Notes under the pieces: model-generated
The model's database searches: none
The model's input: only the letters and a program-made list of their open reading frames with translations
Told to the model about the DNA's origin: nothing
Program-made: the position numbers and the translations under genes
Part shown: positions 56,573 through 64,000 of the stretch, one piece after another
How positions within the stretch are numbered: position 1 is the stretch's first letter
Layout of the letters: every line of letters begins with the position of its first letter
From: the human T2T-CHM13v2.0 reference genome, Homo sapiens
NCBI RefSeq assembly: GCF_009914755.1
Contig: NC_060936.1
Strand: one strand, 5' to 3'
Length of the DNA: 64,000 nt

Positions 56573-57528
56573 AGATGATAATCTTAAATCCTAAAGATAA
56601 CTCATCCTGGTAAATTCTATTTATTTACATAAGAAAACAAGATTCAGAAGTGTTACATGACTCTCCTAAGGCTAGAGCAGTAACAAGCCTCAGAATTGGG
56701 ATTCAAATCCCTTCCACCAGGCCCCAGAGCCACAGCTTCTTGCACTATGCTGTGCTGCCCTCTACTGTCTCCATCCTCTGCTCATTTCTCTATGAAAACT
56801 GAAATGAGGATACTGAGCACTGCCTTGTTGGACTTCTGCTGGGGACATGTAGGTTGGATTATTCAAACTTTCCAAGGCTCTGTGGATGTTTGCAAATGTG
56901 CTGCGAGTGTTGATTTGGGATTACATACACACTTTAGTGAGGAGGTGATTTAGAAAATACAGAATCCACAAATAATGAGGATATGTACATTGTACATATG
57001 AACATACAAACACATGTATGCATATGTGTGATATATATGTATACAAAATATGTGTGTATGTATATGCAGGAATGAGGAATGATTAGTAATCACTTTTGAA
57101 TGGGAATGGAAGGGAGCAGAAAGATTTTCTTTTTACTTTGTAAACGGAAAAAAATATAGGCAGTATTTACTTATTTGCAGTTTTTAAAAATGTTCAGAGG
57201 ACTTGAAAGAGCCTATACTTAGAAACTGGAAGCAACAGATTTAGTATTCATTGCTTAGCACTGTATTGTGATTAAATCTGTAACACCCAGATGGAGAACA
57301 AAGAGAAGAACACTTGGGTACTTGCTACTCTATAGTATAAACAACACAAAGAGAAAAATGGGAATATTTTTATATTAATAGCACAGAGAGACAAAAGACC
57401 CAAAGCTTATCAGGAATTCGATTTTACAGGGAGACAATGATCAGAAATCTGAGCCAAAAAAAAAAAAAAAAGGCAAACCCAAATTCAAAAACTTGGGGGT
57501 AGCTAACATGTTTTTTAAAATACATTAC

Positions 57529-57623
57529 CAGGTATGGTGCTTTCAGCTCCACTTTGGTCCTTGTTAGCTTCTATCTGATGGATTAATTCTGCTTTCTCTT
57601 TATCCAGCTGATGATTAGCTAAT
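57529..57623 (-). CDS. CEP290: CEP290 exon 52 (LANHQLDKEKAELIHQIEANKDQSGAESTIP), 95 nt
   Basis: gttctag acceptor; G|gtaatg donor; phase 2-1. Confidence 0.95.
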
Positions 57624-58216
57624 CTAGAACACAATGATAATGTGTTAAAAAAATAAAGCAGATATTGCTTCATAAAATATATGGGCATTTCTTATGAACT
57701 AGTGATGTACAGTAATCAGAACAAGCTAGCCTTTATCGAAGTAAACATTTACTCTCAATGCTACAATGTCACCATTCTCAAACAAAAAGCCTGGAATACA
57801 AAAGCCTTCACGTTTTTCTTAATATCTGACCTGATGGCATTTGCAAGTGTGGTTTCGTTATAAGAGGAGCTTAATGAAAGCAGGCTACAGAGACCCCTGA
57901 AAGTAAAAAAATTACTTGTTCTCTTTCATTAGTATTTTCCTCTGGGAAGCTAAGGTTTAACTCATTCTATGCTCTTAGAAAAGTTTAAACTAAATTACAA
58001 ACTGGAAACTTAGAGTTGGGTTTATCCTTTTTTTCTAGTGTGTATTATGAAAAAGAGTGATTAGCATTAGAGGGAAGAAATAAGGACCTAATAAGCCTGT
58101 TAGGCAGTAAAGTCGAAAAATGCTTGTCTCTAGTTGTAGCAATTCGGAGTATATAAAAACTAATAATTTTTTTTTTAAAGAAAAAAACAAAGTAGTCATA
58201 TGAATACATGATGTAC

Positions 58217-58290
58217 CTAAGAACTTGAAGCTCCCGTTTAAGGCCTTGCTCTGTCTCAGCACCTTCAGGAACATGTTTAAGAATCTTAAT
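58217..58290 (-). CDS. CEP290: CEP290 exon 51 (IKILKHVPEGAETEQGLKRELQVLR), 74 nt
   Basis: cctcaaag acceptor; AG|gtacat donor; phase 0-2. Confidence 0.95.
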
Positions 58291-58429
58291 CTTTGAGGAC
58301 AATGAAAAGTTAGAAGATAAGGTTTGCCATGGAAATATGAGGATTTATAAAGATACACATTTTTAACAAAGCGTAATATTAAAATATGGTTTTCAAAAGC
58401 ACGCATAGGCAAATTTCTATGTTCTATTC

Positions 58430-59350
58430 ACCATTCATTCAACAAGTATTGAGTAACTACTGCATAACTGGCATTGTCCTAGGCACAGAGGCTAACAGCA
58501 GTGAACAAAATGGCAATGTTCCATCTTGCATGGTCCTTGTTTAGTGGGGAAGCACAAAGAATGTGTGTTTAATATGATATGATGTAATATAGTGCCAGAT
58601 GGTAGGAAGAGCTATCAAGAAAAAATAATCCAGGGTAAGAGGATAAAGAGTGATGGCAAGTAGTATAGGGTTAGGGTTAGGGTTAGGGAAGGTCTCTCTA
58701 AGGAGCCTCTATTTCAGCAGAGACATGAAGTCTGGGAGCAAGCTATGAGAATATTTGGGTGAACAGTATTCTAAACAAAGGAAACAAGTATAAGGACTTG
58801 ACGCTTAAACGAGTTTGGATTGTTTAAAGTACTGAAAGAAGGTTACTGTGGTTAAAACATTGTGAATGAAATGAAGGGAAAAGTAGTAGAAGATGAGATT
58901 GGGAAGAAAACTGGGTGCCAGACCTCATATGTTGTTTTGGGATATGAAAAGAACTTTTAAGTTTTATTTTAGGGTGATGGAGAACCACTGGAAGATTCTG
59001 AGGATAGGACTTTGTGCTTTGTGATGTGCTTTATGTTTTAAAAGGGTTACCTGGCAACTGTGTGGAGACAGCCCAGAAATAGAAATAGGGTGAAATAATC
59101 CAAGAGTGGAAGCTGAGATACCAGCTTGGAAATTATTGCAGTTATTCAGGTATAAAACAATAGCTTGGACAAGACTGGTAGTGATGTCTCAAGATGCCAA
59201 GAAGTGGTCATATTTAGGATATAGTTTGAAAATAGAGCTGACATGATTTAATGATAGAAAATGTGGAGAATGAAAAGAATGAAGTCGTTGATGATCCAAA
59301 GTTTCTGGCTTAAGCAAATGGGTGAATGGGGTGCCCTTCAGTTAGATGGG
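58430..59350. mobile_element. L2 remnant
   Basis: cattcattcaacaagtattgag...ggcattgtcctaggcac...cagcagtgaacaaaa, followed by degenerate L2 body. Confidence 0.65.
58666..58688 (+). repeat. Short interstitial telomeric repeat TAGGG(TTAGGG)3
   Basis: tagggttagggttagggttaggg read directly. Confidence 0.95.
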
Positions 59351-59452
59351 TCTTCTTAATAGAGTCCATTTTTATCTATATAAGACAATGCAAGGAACAT
59401 CTTGCGATATTATGCATTATTTTATCATGTAAAGAAAAATTACGTTACTTAC

Positions 59453-59594
59453 CTGTTGTTCAAGGTCTTCATTGTATTTGTTAACTTTTTGTTCTCTCTC
59501 TGTTGCTTCTTTTACAAGCTGTTTAAGGTCAGTAATGCTTTGATTTTTTTTGGCAATATCAGTTTCCAATTCTTTTAACTTGGTTTCATACATT
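59453..59594 (-). CDS. CEP290: CEP290 exon 50 (MYETKLKELETDIAKKNQSITDLKQLVKEATEREQKVNKYNEDLEQQ), 142 nt
   Basis: cttttag acceptor; CAG|gtaagt donor; phase 2-0. Confidence 0.95.
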
Positions 59595-62500
59595 CTAAAA
59601 GTATAAGGAAAAAAAGTATAGACATGGCAAATAATTTATGTCACTGATTTAAAAGTCAGTTCAAATAACTGTACTAAAAATAAGCAAGAATATCTTATTT
59701 TACTGTTTCTTCTAGTCAAAGTTTTAGCTACATATTTATTTAGCATTAAAAAGTGGTGGCAAGAGATAAGGTATCCCTAATTAACAGATGGCCCAATCAA
59801 AATAAAGGATTTGGGTATTTTCCAAGGATGGAGCCTGATTTGACCATTTTAAAATTAATACCTTTTTTCAATCACAAAATAAGAAAATGCAAAGTAAAAT
59901 TCTTCAGAATATAAAATTCTGTATTACTAGATATTCTTAGAAATATAAAGATGGCAAATAAAAAGCTTTTCTCACATACACAGACACACATAGGAGGTAT
60001 CTAGGTAGGAAAACACTAAGGGAGAGGAAAAAATTGTGCAAAAGCATGGGTAAGAAAAATAGTGTATGATGGGAGAGGGATAAAGCTTGTAAAAATCTGA
60101 ATAGATTTATAATCATTAAAGAAATGATTAATAGTTCAAAAAAATACAGACTCCAGAAAAAAAAAATTCATAATTGAACCAAACAGTTCTGCAGGTTCAT
60201 CATACCTAAAGAAAAATAATGCTTACAATATCCAAACTTTTCCAGAGAAATGAATAGAAAGACTGCATTCTAAGTTAAAATGGCCAGTATAGCTTTGGCA
60301 ACAAAATCTGCTAGGATAATACAAGAAAGGAAAATTATGATTGTCTAAATATATTCAAACAGCTTTTGATAGATCTTAGAAACTTAGATTAGAAGGGAAT
60401 GTTTTTAACCTGACAGAGATTATCACAGATCTACCACAAGTAAACAGTGAAATATCAGAAGCTTACTCCTTCACTTCATCTAATTTTCTATTCAAAAGCC
60501 ACCCAAACAGAGAGGCCTCCTCTGATCACCCTATCTAAAACAGCCCCCACATCACCCTGGTATGTCCCAGTAGTCAGGAAAAGGCCTGACATAGAATACG
60601 TGTTACTAAGTTTGTTGAATAAATAATAAAGCAACTATAAAGATGTCAGCATGAGCAAGACCTGTGTCATGGGTCCCAAAAGAGATCTCTCTAAACTGCT
60701 TTATTGAGAAGGGTATATAATCCTCCCAGATTTAAACTTTAGTAACTTTTTTTCTTTTTCTTTCTCTTTTTTAATGGATTTAGGGAACCTAAATTTGAGG
60801 TCAAGGATCAAAACGAGCCTTCTCTCTGTCAAGAGATTTCTACTTAGACTTATGTCTTCTGCAATGTCTTCTGCAAATGATTTACTGAAGGCTTATGGTA
60901 TGCTCAGTGACCTGTATCGTTCTCAGACGAAAAACACGTATATGATCTAAAATGCAAAGTCATCTTCAATTATGGTTAAATATCATCATCACCTCTACTA
61001 ACCATTTATAAACCTTATAAACTCTTTTTGCACTAACAATTTCTTTTGTAGCCCCAAAGAGCCCTCTTAGAAAGAACTTGAGCCCACAGAAAGGATATAA
61101 TTTACTTAAGATCATAGTAAGAATTAGGGTCTTTCAAAACCAGGGAAGCCACCTGGTCCTTTGAGGAAATCTAGGCAAGGTGGGCTTTTAAAAAATAATA
61201 TCCAACATAAAGCAGAGTCTGGCAATAGGAGGTACTAAGTAAATATCTGTTGAATAAATAGATTTCAGAGTAACTCAAAATTCATTCTGAGTCCACATGT
61301 GATTATAGAAGAAAACAAAGGAACGACCAAGAAATCAACTGACAGGACTGCTGGCTCAGAGCCACTGCTAGGGTCCAATAAGACAGTAGAAGAGACCCCT
61401 TCTCCCACTCCATATCATCACATTTGTTATTTGTTCTCACCTTGACACTGGCTTTCTGACAGAATAATTTTTCCCAGTGTGTAGATGGGAAAAGTGAGAG
61501 CTAGAGTGGAGAAGTGTGGATTCTGGGTACTCTAGGTTTAGTATTAGGACAGGAACCAAGGCCTCCTCCAGGACTTCATGTCCATCTGGGCTGTCCTTTA
61601 ATATGCCTGCTTAATCTTTCTCCTTAGACTTGGTTGACAGAGGCAAGTACAGTGCAGCAGGCCCTCTGTGGGACTTGCTGTAGCCTCACGGTACTAAGAC
61701 TCCCATCCTAGTTGTAGTGATCACTATCTTGCCTCCCATCAAGACCATTCCAAATAGCAGACATGGAAGATGAAAACCTCAAAGACATCAAAGGGGACAT
61801 TGGAGGTGCATGGACATAAGGAACTGTATGAGAATGTTGAGATAAAGATGAGTATGCCTTTTGAAATGGGGGCGGCAGATGTGCTAGATGGTAAAGGATA
61901 CCACTTCATACAGGATGGCTTTAATGGGAAAAGACACAGGCAGGATCCCACTGGTCAATGACTTCCAGACTCCTTGAAGCAGCTGCTTAAAATTGGAAAT
62001 GAGAATGACACAAAGAGCCTTTTACCTACTCATCACAGTCATGATGAACCACACATGATGATAGTGGCAACAGACTGAATGTTTACTCATAAACTACCAC
62101 TACCTCTTTCATAGCCACAAAAATTAGTTTCACAGGTTGGAATCCCATGTGTTCGGGGTGGGAGAAAATCAAGTACCAGAAAGCAGAAGCTAGTAAAACA
62201 TCAAAGCTGGTGCTGAATTCATCTCTTGGGGCTATCTGAAGAGAAAGTTGCCCAGGATATAACTCTAAAAGCATTGCAGCACAGCCTAGATCCAGTATGC
62301 CACACATTGTGACAAGACAGCTCAATTATTCCTGGCTCATACTTGAGGAAGCAAATTATACAATCAAGAAGCTGAAGCTGCAGTTGGAGAAAAATAGCAC
62401 CCAGGAGAAGCTGAGCAGCCTCAGCCCAGGCTCATAGCTGATGACAGCTTCATGACGCACACACAGCTCCAACTCCTTCGCCCAGCCCCAGCTCTACACT

Positions 62501-62724
62501 GTTCCATGCCCTGCCACCCAAACAAGGTTAAACAAGTTAAACATTTCAAGGAAGAAAAAGTCTCCAACAATACTACAACAGAAAAAAAGTATTATGTTAA
62601 AACAACAACCAAACAAACTGTTCATCAGGAAGAAACCAGGTTATCCAGAATAGTGTTGTCTTTTAAAACAATGCCAAAATTTGAAATGATTAAACTTTGT
62701 ACAAGTTTAAAACTCTGTTCCTAC

Positions 62725-62897
62725 CTTGTAACCACAATGGATTTCCAGCTCTTACTGTCAGCACCTTCAAGCTGTGGACCTCTGCTTTCTGCAAACTGCA
62801 ATCTCTTACCAGTCTCTTCTAGTTGAACTGTCATCTTCTCATTTAATATCTCTAAATTATTCTTTGCTATCCGTAATTTCTCTGCAGCATCAGTTTC
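62725..62897 (-). CDS. CEP290: CEP290 exon 49 (ETDAAEKLRIAKNNLE...SWKSIVVTR), 173 nt
   Basis: gatag acceptor; AG|gtagga donor; phase 0-2. Confidence 0.95.
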
Positions 62898-63273
62898 CTA
62901 TCATTAAATGCTAATTAGTATTTTATGAGAAAACATAATACTGTTCTCATAGATTCAGTGTATTCAAAATTATCATTACAAATTGGAAAACAAAAATAAC
63001 CTGGGGCTCTAAATGCTGATTAAAATTTCAACAAATTCAACATCTCTCCTTTAAAGCAGCAATATGGCCAATAATAATTAGAACAACAGATCACGAAAAT
63101 GAGGTCAGAGGAATATATTTAGTTACTAGTGATTACTTTAAATTTGACACTTTGTTCCTCTATATTTTTAGAAAAATGGGATAGTTTATACCTTTACACA
63201 TGTAAAAGATTCTTTGTTTTGACTTCCTAATGCTTACGAGACCTAGCTATAAGCATAAGGTATGTGTAAGTAA

Positions 63274-63584
<311 letters not shown>

Positions 63585-63774
63585 AAATGTATTAACTTTT
63601 ATTATCAATGTTTTTCATGGTGGAATGTGATGACAGCAGGCATAGAAACACAATTCCTCAATCTCTTAATATCTACCTTTACAGACACTCTCATCAAGGA
63701 TCTACTTTCAGTTTTTCCAAGAGGTATTAAGTAAAATAAAAATCAAAAGTTATAATCAGTCATAAAAGTCATAC

Positions 63775-63897
63775 TTTTTTAAGTTCTTTACGAAGCCTTT
63801 CATTTTCAGCAATAATTTTTTCTGTGCCTTTGGTCTTGGATTCATAGTGCATGCTCAACTGATGCCCAAGATGAGCTTTAAGTTTTTCTAATTCAGC
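63775..63897 (-). CDS. CEP290: CEP290 exon 48 (AELEKLKAHLGHQLSMHYESKTKGTEKIIAENERLRKELKK), 123 nt; gene continues past the window's right edge
   Basis: ttttttactag acceptor; AAA|gtatga donor; phase 0-0; coiled-coil composition. Exon numbers are counted back from the known 54-exon structure. Confidence 0.95.
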
Positions 63898-64000
63898 CTA
63901 GTAAAAAAACAAACAAAATAAAAAGTATACATTATCAAAACAAGGAAATAAAAGATAATCTTATAAACTCATAAATCTTCAAAGTAGTTTTAGAAACCAT

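Noticed and set aside
62195-62225. Peptide IKAGAE recalling bornavirus nucleoprotein
   Set aside because: Only six residues match from memory and the flanks do not align; treated as chance pending BLASTX

Overview
Human (primate) genomic DNA, AT-rich and dense in Alu, L1, L2, MIR and THE1 repeats. From recognised protein sequences it is the C12orf50 / C12orf29 (RLIG1) / CEP290 locus (12q21.32). (1) Minus strand, 250-32996: the 5' exons of C12orf50, split by a 28.3-kb repeat-filled intron. (2) Plus strand, 39527-52300: the complete 7-exon, 325-aa C12orf29/RLIG1 gene behind a CpG-island promoter. It carries the covalent nucleotidyltransferase motifs of an ATP-dependent 5'-3' RNA ligase (K57xDG, R77, E195, E250GIV, K263). 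(3) Minus strand, 53062-63897: the last seven coding exons of CEP290, tail-to-tail with RLIG1 and probably overlapped by its long 3'UTR. The most striking observation is that the supposed 5'UTR of C12orf50, plus an upstream ATG exon, reads as an intact 54-aa in-frame extension. This gives the protein a complete triple-CCCH zinc-finger module like ZC3H11A instead of a single finger. Other oddities: a TSD-bounded AluY + unique DNA + Alu-fragment composite (candidate Alu 3' transduction), two full THE1 proviruses retaining DUX4 motifs, perfect palindromes, an exact telomeric 22-mer G-quadruplex, and a 5S rRNA pseudogene. Exon coordinates were read by hand from splice signals and frame continuity. 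Repeat boundaries and subfamilies are approximate, and statements about database annotation are from memory.
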